Source: Eledone cirrhosa (Eukaryota). Taken from it: a stretch of 64,000 nt of DNA. The stretch is from assembly GCA_964016885.1 (NCBI GenBank), contig OZ024742.1, positions 111,662,001 through 111,726,000 on the forward strand, given 5' to 3'. Under the pieces are notes generated by a model, which did not search any database, was not told the DNA's origin, and worked only from the letters and a program-made list of their open reading frames with translations. The position numbers and the translations under genes were made by a program. Positions 27,657 to 40,199 of the stretch are shown here, in pieces. The first letter of the stretch is position 1, and the number at the start of each line of letters is the position of its first letter.

Positions 27657-27699
27657 ACGTTGCTGACGATAGCTAACAAGCTTGAAACTAGTACAGCGT
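27657..27699 (+). ncRNA. HHR family R unit 4 (intact)
   Basis: Motif identical to unit 1. Confidence 0.9.
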
Positions 27700-28080
27700 T
27701 CCTTTGTCAGTGTTGAACAAACGAGCAACGGTGGTTGCTAGACACTACGGCTTAATACGGGATGTTTGTTTACAAACACACCGAGCATTATAATAAATGT
27801 TCGGTGAATCCATACGTGCATATATATATGTGTGCATGTATGTATATATATATATATACATACTACTGTACGTCGGTATACATATATGTATGTACGTGTA
27901 CATACTTTTATTTAAGTAACAGCCGTACTAAGAGTGGGAAATGAAATATCGTTTCATTTTTTCCGTTTATCGTTCTCGCTGCACCCGGCCGATTAACCCA
28001 CTCGATATGCAAATTGGGCTACTCAGCCGTTAATATGCATAAGGTAAGTATATACGTTCAACAATCTGGCAGGAAGGTAT

Positions 28081-28123
28081 ACATTGCTGACGATAGCTAA
28101 CAAACTTGAAACTAGTACAGCGT
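28081..28123 (+). ncRNA. HHR family R unit 5 (stem mismatches)
   Basis: Core intact, with G>A changes in stem I and stem II. Confidence 0.75.
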
Positions 28124-28384
28124 TCCTTTGTCAGTGTTGAACAAACGAGCAACGGTGGTTGCTAGACACTACGGCTTAATACGGGATGTTTGTTTACAAA
28201 CACACCGAGCATTATAATAAATGTTCGGTGAATCCATACGTGCATATATATATGTGTGCATGTATATATATATATATACATACTACTGTACGTCGGTATA
28301 CATATATGTATGTACGTGTACATACTTATATTTAAGTAACAGCCGTACTAAGAATGGGAAATGAAATATCGTTTCATATTTTCC

Positions 28385-28500
<116 letters not shown>

Positions 28501-28542
28501 TGAGAGTGAGTGAGAGAGAGAGGAATAGAGAGATATAAGATA

Positions 28543-28721
28543 GGGTGTGGTATAAACCAGGTACACCTTAACCCACTAGATTTTCCGATACTTGGGGTAC
28601 TAGAGTGGGTAATATCAAAATATTCAGGATCCCGACGGCTGAGCTCCGGCCGTCTCGACAGCTAGATCCTAACTGAGTTCGCATCCTGCTGTCAAAACGG
28701 CCGGAGCACAACCGGCGGGGT

Positions 28722-28722
<1 letters not shown>
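28543..28722. repeat. Family D foldback micro-element
   Basis: Imperfect inverted repeat at 28627-28722. Homologous to 38803-38985 and 44358-44420. Confidence 0.7.
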
Positions 28723-28789
<67 letters not shown>

Positions 28790-29111
28790 CTGTGCATGTG
28801 TGCGTGTGGGTGTGTGTGTGTGTGTATGTATGTGTTCGTATATATATATATTTGTATAAGCCTGGCCATTTAGGCAGATTTCAACATCCTTATTCAGCTT
28901 ACCATGTTAATATTCCCTTTGTTTTATTATAATAACTGAACCCTAAAACAGGGGTGGCTGTCAGTATGTAGTTTGTGACTATAGGAACTTAGTGTGAATG
29001 CTTTATACATTTGCTTTTGTATTTCTCTAAATATAGAATCATTGTTCTTTAAATCCCTCGGCCAATCACCACCAAAAATCGTATAAATACCACCAGATAA
29101 CAATGGCATCC

Positions 29112-29163
29112 GGCTTTCCTGATGGTTTCCCTCGGATGAAACAGTTCTAGTCCTGTAGAAGCC
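29112..29163 (+). ncRNA. HHR family A (core A9G variant)
   Basis: GGCTTTC-CTGATGG-...-GAAA-CAG..CTG-TA-GAAGCC, homologous to 9014-9064. Confidence 0.75.
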
Positions 29164-29254
29164 ATTTCTATATTAAACATTTATACTCTACTATGTATTG
29201 AGTACCTTACTTGCTGTGGTTAGCTCAGATTAGGCCCAAGATACACACACACGT

Positions 29255-29344
<90 letters not shown>

Positions 29345-29361
29345 ACACACACACACACAAC

Positions 29362-29426
<65 letters not shown>

Positions 29427-30188
29427 TATATATATATATATAATTATTGCGCGGACCAGTCTATTCACCATCGATAGACCAAATATACGTACAAATAAGT
29501 TACACAGATATACATTATATATATATGCAACTACTACACGCAGAAAATAAAAACAGTAATCAAAACATCTAGAGGAGAAGGTCATTGGACTCCAAACTCA
29601 TAAAAAATACATTCGTTAGAACAAAGCTAATCATGAACTAAATCTCCATAATAGAAGAAAGCAGCCCCCATAATCCCCACTTCATACATCATCCATATTT
29701 CCCAACCCCTAACTCATTTTAAATATGGGCATGAGTGGTGGACGTTTTTAAGATTCATACGTCAATTACGCAGATTCAGTATAAGAATAAACACTAACTA
29801 ATATCTAAACTTATCTGCAGTGACTACAGACTCCATCCTCTCCAGTAAAACCGTGACCTTAAACCGTCAAACAAGCCGCCAAGGAGACGTGATGTCACAC
29901 ATCGAGAGGCCCAGTTTTCACAACATAACTTAACAAAACAAATCAATATTCAAGAAAAAACACCAATCTAATAAGGTAATGGGCGAGACGATTACAAGGG
30001 GTAAAATAAGAAATTATATATTAATTATTTCAATTAATCTGGTAATTTGTATTTTTCTTTGTCAACCGAAACCGTTTTTCTATTACATTTTTCTATTAAA
30101 TGTATATTCTGCTTCTAATGTTTTCTCTGCTTCCAATGCATTACCTGCTTCCAATTTCTCTAAATAAAGCTTCTGACTTATTTTTATT

Positions 30189-30372
30189 TGGATTGGCAGT
30201 ATCGGTAGAGGGTCGGACGCCATGCTTTCTAGCATTGTTACGTCCCTTTAGAGTCTGAGTTCAAATCCCGCCGAGGTTTACTTTGCCTTTCTTCCTTGCG
30301 GGGTCGATAAAATAAAGTACCAGTAATGTACTGGGTAATTGCTGGCGTTGTGCCTAAAGTAGAAACAATTAT
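30189..30372 (+). mobile_element. tRNA-derived SINE (family S1)
   Basis: Full-length match to the other copies. Confidence 0.9.
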
Positions 30373-30382
30373 ATATATATAT

Positions 30383-31020
30383 AGGCATTGATGAATTACG
30401 AAAACATAAACAAATTCAAGGTACGTCCAATATTCTATCATATATCTCAACACACAACCCAAGAAATGCGGAAACTTACAACACTATTCACAAGAAAATC
30501 CCACTACTAAAACAAAACCCAAGAATGAAAAAAGCACTTGAAACACACAAAATAATCAAAAGCAAAAGACAACCGAAATCACTGAAAATTACCTACCACA
30601 AACCCACAACCAACTGTCAAAAAATGTGGTCGCTTTAATTGTGGAACCTGCACTCACCTCTTTGAAGGCAACACGTATACATTTAAATCAGGTCAAAATG
30701 TTGCTGTAAAAAATGACTTCACTTGCTCATCAACAAATCTACTTCATGCCATTAAATGTAAAGGATGCAATGAAGATTATATAGGACAAACTAAACTCAC
30801 ACTCAGAAAAAGAATGACAGTTCATCGCCAACAATTACTAGATCCAACTACGAGACAGATACCAATAAGCACACATCTAGACATATGCGCAAGTAATAAG
30901 ACACCCAAATTCCAAGTCTTGCCATTTTACCTTTGCGCTAACAATACAACAGAACAAATACGAATAAATAAGAAAAATATGTTTATTCAAAAATATAGAC
31001 CAGCATTAAATATGGTTTAA
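30383..31020 (+). pseudogene. Neptune-type PLE 3' fragment: Zn-finger linker + GIY-YIG endonuclease
   Basis: YISTHNPRN, RQPKSLK, then KCGRFNCGTC...FTCSSTNLLHAIKCKGCNEDYIGQT..LRKRMTVHRQQ...FIQKYRPALN. Confidence 0.85.
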
Positions 31021-31980
31021 TATACATTATGTCAACACCATAAGATGCTAACCATCCAAACAGACACATACACAACCACATAACGCCTGCTACTAAAAAA
31101 ATAAAAACCCGAACTAAATAAACCTTAAGATACGTTTGCGCTGACATACATAAGAACAAATACGAATAAGTAAGGAAAATATGTTCATTCAAAAATATTC
31201 CTACCAAAGGACTCATTTTCCTACACACACACACACACATACACAATATATATATATTCTCTTCATCTTAACATGCTAACCAGACTCCCACACACATAAC
31301 ACCCATACACATAGATAACAACCCCCACCCCCACACACACACAACTCCCTCCCCCATTTCTACTAATAGAATCACTTTCCTACACACATATATACCCACA
31401 CACAAAATATATATATTCTCTCCATCTTAACATACCCCCCCCACATACACACATAACACCCATATACACACACACAACTCCCTCCTTCATTTCTACTAAT
31501 AGTAGAACACACACGCGCACACAAGCAAACAAATAAACATACGCATCTTTACTTTCTTTACTTCAATAGAAAATCTGAATTCTGACACCCCAGCGAACTA
31601 ACCATATTCACTGAACAAGAACAATTCTCCCATCCCATTTCTCTTGACCATTATCTTTTGCTTGTCATAAAATCTCTAAAAAGGCTAGAGAATAGATTTC
31701 CAAATAAGTGCGTGAAAATTTAATGAATACTTGTTCACGTAACAGCCATAATTTCATTTATAACCAATCAAATTTCGTTTATTAAAAAAAAAGCCTTTCT
31801 GAGCCTCTTTTTTTAAGTAAAAATTAAATTCAAACACTCATATTTGAAAAAAACAACCTGTGCCCCCCCCCCCTTGTTTGAAGAACTTTGTAACGCGAAC
31901 TGGCGCGAAATTTGTGATAATTATTGACCAACCAATCAAATTACTTCTCTAAAAACCTTGCATTTCGAGCCACTTTTTCC

Positions 31981-32031
<51 letters not shown>

Positions 32032-32046
32032 TATACACATATATAT

Positions 32047-32105
<59 letters not shown>

Positions 32106-32150
32106 GCGACTAAACATAAGTCAATTGCATGAACTCATAATCCTTTATTT

Positions 32151-32206
32151 ACTCCTATATATATTTCGATGATAGCCATTGAATGGCTATGACCTCATCA
32201 GGCAAT
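32151..32206 (-). ncRNA. Type I HHR related to family B, at the PLE 3' end
   Basis: Minus strand: ATTGC-CTGATGA-GGT.ATAGCCAT-TCA-ATGGCTAT.ATC-GAAA-TATATA-TA-GGAGT. Confidence 0.8.
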
Positions 32207-32795
32207 TAGTCAGTTCTTAGATATGCCAGCTCTGTGTTTATAGTGTTGATGGTATCAGAGCCTTGTGACATATGAGCTTGTTAGGAATAATTTAATGTTG
32301 TCACCAGGAATAGTCTTGATTCTCATTGGTCAGTTTGTAGATGGTAGTAGGGTTGGTATTTGACCTCAAAGAGGCAGGTGGTGTTGTAAAGTTCAAACCG
32401 TCAGGCAAGATGACAATAGTTCCATATGACTGATTTCCACAAAAAGCATTCCTGGTCAGATATATATTCAATTAAGGTTAATAGTATGAAATAGATACTA
32501 CAGGTCATTCTTAAATTGAGGAATTTATGTGGAGTGGTGTTACAGAAATTTATGGTTGGAGTAGAGAATTTACAAATAAAAAGACATGCTGGTTGGCTTG
32601 CACTACACTGACACCCACCTCCACACATCCACACATACAACATGTGGGGTGGTAATACTTAAAATAATGGTTAGAGTCCAATACTTAGATTGTTTAGAAA
32701 ATTTAGAAATAAAAGATTTATGCTGGTTGAAGTGTACATACACTCACATCTACCCCCTCAGACACTCACACATCTACACACACACATCCATACAG

Positions 32796-32827
<32 letters not shown>

Positions 32828-33366
32828 GCATGTATGTACGCACAAGTATATATATATACATATATATAAATAAAATATATATATATACACAGAACATACA
32901 TATATATAAAATATATACATATGCAAATGCATGGCCTCAGCCGGATGGCTGAAACAGGTAAAAGAGTAAAAGAGTAAATATAAAAAATATATATATACAT
33001 AAAATACACACATACAGAAAATATATACACACATAAACATACATACATATATATATATATAAAATACACATACATATACATATATATCTAAAATATATAC
33101 ATATATATACATACGTATATATAAAATACACATATATACACATATAAAATACATATATATATACACATGATATATATATACATATATATATAAAATCAGG
33201 TTCAATAAAACGTGGTTTAGATGACTCCTAACAAGTAGAGGATCCGGTGGACCATCCACCATAGGGACCACAAATTATGGGTGGTTGTTTTTGTCCATTG
33301 GTCATTGGTACGGGCTGTAGGGGACCTACAGGGGAGGGGGGCGTTGTGGGATGCCATAACCGGGGT

Positions 33367-34120
33367 TTATCCATATAGCTTGAGGAAAGATCCCGTCCTT
33401 AGGTGTGTGCAGGCACCGAATAAGTCGGCCCTTCTGTTTAATAGCTTGGTTCCGCCATGAAGAATCTCGAGTGTCTCACTAAGACAGAGGTTGCAAGTAC
33501 CAGACCCGTCTCTGTCTGGGGGAACCTTTCTAACCACGGACCAGAGAGTGCGGGGTCTTTTCAAGTTTGAGCTTCCAGATCAATTCAGAAAGGGCCGTAC
33601 ATTTCCTCTTATCTATTATGTTAAAGGAATGGTGATGGTTATACCACTGATCTTTGAAGCTCGTCGCTGTGGATCCTATGTAGTGGTGCTCCGAGTTAGG
33701 GGTTGTAACCTTACACCTGTAGACCACGTTTTTCGTCATGCATTCATTACTAATGGAGCATAGTGATGTATCTCTGCAATTACATGACTTCTTAAGCCCC
33801 ACCACATGTACCGCGTGGTTACCATCACTCGGAGTTGGCTGGGTAGCCTCCGCAATCAGCACAGGGTCGTTGGGTTTCGGTGTGCTAGTTGGGCTTGTCC
33901 GGGATCTGTTGCGTCCCGCGTGCTGGTTTTGTTGGGTGGCTCCGGGGTTTACGGTGGTATTAGAGGCAGTGAGCCTATTTCTATTTATGCCAGCTATGTG
34001 CTGGGCTACGGAGCGTGTGGTTGAGTAGGAAAGTTTCACCGTGTGACTGTTGAATAAATGATGGTACTTGTGGGCCCTAGGGAAACATTTATCCAGTACT
34101 CTAAAGAATGTTCTAGCCAG
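33367..34120 (-). pseudogene. PLE GIY-YIG endonuclease region (frameshifted)
   Basis: VKLSYSTT, CNCR..C...C, VVYRC..YIGST..FK, CNLCLSE, LLNRR..C.H. Confidence 0.88.
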
Positions 34121-35440
34121 GCTGGTACGCCGTGGGCCATCGCGTGGTTGTGCACAGCACAGATCGAGCTCGGTTGGTGTCACTCGGGTGTGTGGAGTGG
34201 TCACTATCATTAGGGTTATATGGGCCCACCGTGGGGCTATAAACCTGCGAGGTGCAGCCTTCCTGCTCTATTAGGGTTCGGCGGGTCGTGGGGCCGGTGT
34301 AGGGCTGCCTATGCTCCGCAGCACAGTGGTCTTCAGCGTTGTAGGTATTAGACCGGTGGGGTATGCGGGACTTTCTAACGGGGTTGGTGATGGATAGGGG
34401 TCTGGGAGTGTTACTACTGGTCACCGAGGTATTAGGTGGGCGACTCATGCCCGTGAGTGTGTTGGTCCAGGGTACTCTTGGGTCATCTAGATCATGTCCT
34501 TTAGGGTTATAGCTGATCCTATCGCTGTGGGACGCCTTAGCTAGCGCTATGTTATAGTAATCAGCGTTACTATTAAATATCTCTTTATTGGCCAACAAGT
34601 TAGAGATCCTGTCAGAGATACTCTTAACTACGGCCTTAACTATATATCTAGGGTGATTAGACCCAGCGTTGATATACACCAGCTTCTCATTAGGTTTATG
34701 ATATGGGTGGTGTAGCTTGGCGTTGAGGTTGAGGGTGGTGTCCAGGAAATTCACTACTTTTCTATCGGGTTCCATCTCTACCTTAAGTACTACCTTGCTA
34801 AAGAAGTGCCTAATTCTCCTCTTCCTATTTTCGATCATTGTGGTGCTGTGGTCCACTACGGTGAATAGTGATGAGTCGTCTCGGTACAGCCCACCACCCA
34901 GGTTGTGTATTTCTCCCCTCCTCTCGTAGAGTATGTATATCCCAACCAAGTGCGTTAGCTGCGCGGAGTCACTGGAGCCCATTGTAATGTCAAAATGATT
35001 TGGCCATTCGCTCCGGGTCCATATGTCCCCACCTAATCGGATCAAGGTCTTTCTGGCGGCTTGTATGATTCGAACCTCGTCGCGTGTTAGGTCTGTCCTA
35101 TTTACCACGAATATGAGTGCCTTGTTCAGAGTAGTGGGCGAGATAGAGGAGTAGTAATTGTTGATGTCTAGTTGTATGAAGCTAGTCCTATGTTTGTCAG
35201 GTAAAAATGTAAACCAGTCCAGCACCTAAGTGGTGCAGGACCAGAGTTGTAACCTTATTTTACTCTTAAGTGTGGGCAGGATCCTATCTAAAATGCTTTT
35301 GCTAATAATCCCCATGTCTGAGCGGGAGGGGGCTATCAGTCTGACCGGCAGGTTAGACACGAAGTTTGGTTTGCCGTCCTTAATGGTAATCCTCGTCTCC
35401 CTTGGCTGGCATGGGGCGGTCCTATCATCTATAAGAAGAC
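34113..35440 (-). pseudogene. PLE reverse transcriptase domain
   Basis: VRLIAPSRSDMG, FIQLDINNYYSSI, FDITMGSSDSA, GGGLYRDD, VNFLDTTLNL, PYHKPN, SNHP. One stop at 35226-35228. Confidence 0.92.
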
Positions 35441-35446
35441 CAGATA

Positions 35447-35566
<120 letters not shown>

Positions 35567-35574
35567 AGTTGATA

Positions 35575-35646
35575 TAAAATGAAAACGAGATTTCATTTCT
35601 CACTCTTAGTACGGCCCTTACTTAAATGTATGTGTACCTGTATGTA

Positions 35647-35718
<72 letters not shown>

Positions 35719-36148
35719 TGCTACTGTACGTCTGTATACATATATGTATGTACGTATACACAAATACTTACATTTAAGTAAGTACCATACTAAGAGTGAG
35801 AAATGAAATTTCTTTTTCATTTTATTTCAACTTATCGTTTTCGGTATGCCTGACCGACTTAACTCACTCGATATGCAAATTAGGCTGCTCAGCCGTAAAT
35901 TTTCATAAGGAAAGTATATACTTTCGAACGTTCAACTATCTGGCAGAAGGGTATACGGTGCTGATGATAGCTAACAAGCTTGACACTAGTACATCGTTCC
36001 TGTGTCAGTGTTGAACAAAAATGTGACGTGGTTGCCTTAACACCGTACGGCATATCATTCAGGCTGTTCAGTTTGATTACAAACGAACAAAGCGGCGTTA
36101 TAATAAGCGTCCGCTAAACTGATACGTGCATATATGTATGTGTACCTG

Positions 36149-36150
<2 letters not shown>
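35575..36150 (+). mobile_element. Family R (retrozyme-like) copy with inverted tail
   Basis: 35575-35630 is an inverted tail. 35715-36150 is a direct unit with an HHR at 35955-35997 (GAAA>GACA). Confidence 0.8.
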
Positions 36151-36200
<50 letters not shown>

Positions 36201-36245
36201 AAAGTTAAATAAAAGTCAAATGATTAAAATTTAGCTTCGTTTATT

Positions 36246-36300
36246 ACTGCTATATATATTTCAGTGACAGCCATCTTTGGCTGTGACCTCTTCAGGCAGT
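36246..36300 (-). ncRNA. Type I HHR family B (intact)
   Basis: Reverse complement of 36456-36510. Confidence 0.88.
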
Positions 36301-36455
36301 TTGAATTAGTATGGTATAGACAAGTACATATTTTGTTTAGGTGTATGATATTGTCAGTACTCTGATATGCCCAGTTCCTTGTTGGGTTGTTAATTCACTG
36401 GGGAACTGGAGTCATATGTACAACATATGTACTTGTCTATACCATACTAATTCAA

Positions 36456-36510
36456 ACTGCCTGAAGAGGTCACAGCCAAAGATGGCTGTCACTGAAATAT
36501 ATATAGCAGT
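36456..36510 (+). ncRNA. Type I HHR family B (intact)
   Basis: ACTGC-CTGAAGA-GGT.ACAGCCA-AAGA-TGGCTGT.ACT-GAAA-TATATA-TA-GCAGT. Confidence 0.88.
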
Positions 36511-36777
36511 AATAAACGAAGCTAAATTTTAATCATTTGACTTTTATTTAACTTTATTTTACACTACTCCGGAGTAACCAAACCAACCTGCGCACTTCGT
36601 CGAGTGCTCCAGCCTGCATACTGAGGTGTTGGTATACAACCAACATAAACTCAAAATATATATATATATATATATATATGCATGCTACTGTACGTCTGTA
36701 TACATATATGTATGTACGTATACACACATACTTATATATACATATATATATACATATATATATACAAATATATATAT

Positions 36778-36860
<83 letters not shown>

Positions 36861-38802
36861 TACATATATATATATAAATAGATATGTCTATTGTGAGTTC
36901 ATTAATGTTCTTGTCACTAGCGTAAAAAAATTATCCATATTAATTTTCAGGGAAATATGAGATATTATGTGTGGCGACATTACACCAGTTTATGTTGTGT
37001 ATTTTATCGTGAATATAAATCTACATATATTCAAAAATTCTTCAAATTTCATGTAAACTAATGTGAAAATATTTACCGAACAGATGTACATATATCTCCA
37101 ATAGAATAATATAGAAGCGACCTAGTAATCTTAAGTGAAGTTTTGCAATATTGATTCTAATGAAATATATATAGTTTTCTAATGATACACCGCTTACTGA
37201 GCATATATTGATTATTAACCCACACACAAACACGACTACAGTCATGTACATGAATGTGTGTATGTACGTAGGAAGGTAAATGTGTATTTTTAAAAACTTT
37301 CTTAGTTTTGATCTTAAATACCACTAGCCTTCGTTGTGTAGTAGCATGTTCTAGCAACTCTGATCTTGCATTTGTTTAATTCTGTTGATCCAACATGAAA
37401 AGGTTACAGATTTTCGTCTCAAAATTCTTTGGTTAAACTAACAAAAGAGATCTATAAAATTTTCCAGTCACTATCACTAAAGACGTTAGGATTATATAAA
37501 CATTACCGAAGACACTAAATCAATGTTCACACATGTGTGTAGTTTTGCAGGTTTATTTGTATCAATGTGTATATGTGCGTATGGTTTTGTAGAGTTGTAG
37601 CAATATATGTGCCGGCTTACACAAATATTCCAGTTAAATTTGTTGAACAGATTGACAATACAAACGGAATTTAACCAATAATATATAAATCTAATCGTTC
37701 GTTAAATGAATAAAAATGGATAAAGTAAGTTATAGAAAAATGCTTTTAGGTATATAAAAAAAATTCGATGTATTTCGTTAACTTATGATGGGTTTTTTAA
37801 TGACACCTCTCTCACAGATTTGATAAAAAAAACACTTTATTTCATGCGTATATACACAACAGTCATAAATATAAGCCGTTCAATTTTATTATAGGTAGCT
37901 TAAGAAAGTTCTGATACTACTGAGGTCAATAACTTACTCTTTCTCGTTTCAGTCGTTTTATATTCCTTTTAGTTACAATCAATTGATTTTCTTTCTGACT
38001 GAACACGAACAAAAGCCATTAAAAAAGGAGAGAAAAAAAACAACTTTTCCTGAAAAGACTCATGCCAACAAAGATGGCCATTTATCTATCATCGAGGAGT
38101 TTTCATTAACGTTTTAACGTCGCTCTCACTTCATTTGGCTATATGTCCATGGCAGTTTATATTTCGAGAAGGTAGCACGGTATTAATTAAATGCAGTAAC
38201 GGTGACAATATCAAATAAACACTGGAAAATAAAGCCTGTTCAAAGTTTTTGTAGGTGACTGGTGTTGGTGTAAATATCCTATATTTCTATGCGTTGTGGA
38301 TTAATTCCTAGGATTCCACCGAGCAGGTGATATTGACTTTATTGCTTCTAAACCATAACTCATCATATTCATAAATTTTGGCTAGTTCTTTAGAAGCATG
38401 ATGTATTTTTGAGAAACGTAAATGTTTTGTTTTTTGCTGATTCGTTGTCGTTGCTGTGGACAACGTCAATATTTGTGTGTTAAGGCTTGTCATTAGTATA
38501 ACTCTTTAATCTCAAAACATCTTTGATTGATATAATGAAAGATGATCATGTTGTGATCCCCTCATATATTTGTGTGCTAGTGGTTTCATTATTTATTATG
38601 AAACTTCGTTTTCATGACAGCGTGGTTTGAGATTTCAGTGGAAAGTAATTGCCCTCCTCGTATAAAGGGCACATAACCACATAGAGTCAGTCTAGTTAGT
38701 TGGTAGAGGGTACAGATATAATGTTTCCATCAGAAATCTCTAAGATCTTGGAAGGAAATGATATTTGATTCTGGAAAATGCCTAATTGTTAAATATATAT
38801 AA

Positions 38803-38980
38803 GGAGAGAAGTGTGGTAAGGAACCAGGTGGACCAGAAAGCACTAGAGTACTCTATACTTTAGTAGTAGAGTGGTTAATAGGCAAAGAGTCAGAACCCCG
38901 ACGGCAGAGCTCAAAGCGTTTCGACAGTCCAGAAATAGCTGTAAAAGCGGGTTGAGCTCTGCCGTCGGTGTTCTGACTAT

Positions 38981-38985
<5 letters not shown>
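38803..38985. repeat. Family D foldback micro-element
   Basis: 27-bp inverted arms at 38888-38914 and 38952-38978, followed by (TA)n. Confidence 0.8.
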
Positions 38986-39037
<52 letters not shown>

Positions 39038-39040
<3 letters not shown>

Positions 39041-39073
39041 GGAATAGAATGAAACGAAATATACATACATACT

Positions 39074-39113
<40 letters not shown>

Positions 39114-39710
39114 TATGTATATATGTATACGCACATACATATATGTATACAGACGTACAGTAGTATGTATATATATGCATACATGCACACACATATATAT
39201 ATACACGTGCCGGTTTACCGAACATTTATTATAATGCTCGGTTTGTTTGTTTGTTTTCGTTTCATTCTATTCCATTTATCGTTTTCGGTGCGGCCGGCCG
39301 ACTGAACTCACTCGATATGCAAATTAGGCTGCTCAGCCGTTAATTTTCATACGGAAAGTGTATACTTTCAGACGTTCAACCATCTGGCAGGAAGGTTTAC
39401 GATGTTGACGATAGCTAATAAGCTTGAAACTAGTACATCGTTACTGTGTCAGTGTTGAACAAAAAGGTGACGTGGTTGCCTAAACACTGTACGGCGTAAT
39501 TCGGGCTTTTTTGTTTACAATCAAACAAACTGATCATTATAATAAATGTTCGGTAACCCGATACGTGCATATACATATGTGTGCATGTATGTATATATAT
39601 GCATACTACTGTACGTCTGTATACATATATGTCTGTACGTATACATACTTACATTTAAGTAAGTGCCGTACAAAGAGTGAGAAATGAAATTTCGTTTCAT
39701 TCTATTCCAT
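39038..39710 (+). mobile_element. Family R (retrozyme-like) copy with inverted partial copy
   Basis: 39038-39250 is inverted. 39255-39710 is direct, with an HHR at 39399-39441 (stem I ACGATG/CATCGT, core TTGACGA). Confidence 0.82.
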
Positions 39711-39727
39711 ATATATATATACACACT

Positions 39728-39917
<190 letters not shown>

Positions 39918-40199
39918 ATATATATATATATACACAGTTCAAGAGTAACCAATTTTAATGAGAGAGATTAAGATAGCAGAGGAGATAGGAGAGGAGAGAT
40001 TGCTAAATTAGTTAGAAGCTAAAGAGTAAAGGCATGTGCTCAATGTGCAATATGTAGTGGAAAGCAGCTGGGTGGCTGGGTTCATGCAGAAATTAGGCGT
40101 GCAGAGCTGGAAATATTCATTAGGCGTCGTACCAGTAAGAACATCCTTGATAGGATCATCCCTGGGCTACGAGATGATATCACCTACAAGTTATGGTCC

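Larger units (their letters stand above)
32103..35443 (-). mobile_element. Penelope-like element (Naiad-type), 5'-truncated, with 3' HHR
   Basis: RT ORF 34113-35225, GIY-YIG ORFs 33367-34210, HHR at the 3' terminus, (TA)n at both ends. Confidence 0.9.
36197..36655. mobile_element. Family B foldback element with two opposing HHRs
   Basis: Arms 36197-36331 and 36425-36559 are essentially perfect inverted repeats. (TA)n flanks. Confidence 0.88.

Noticed and set aside
31216-31503. Local duplication of an AC-rich block
   Set aside because: Low-complexity duplication in a PLE 3' region with no further signal
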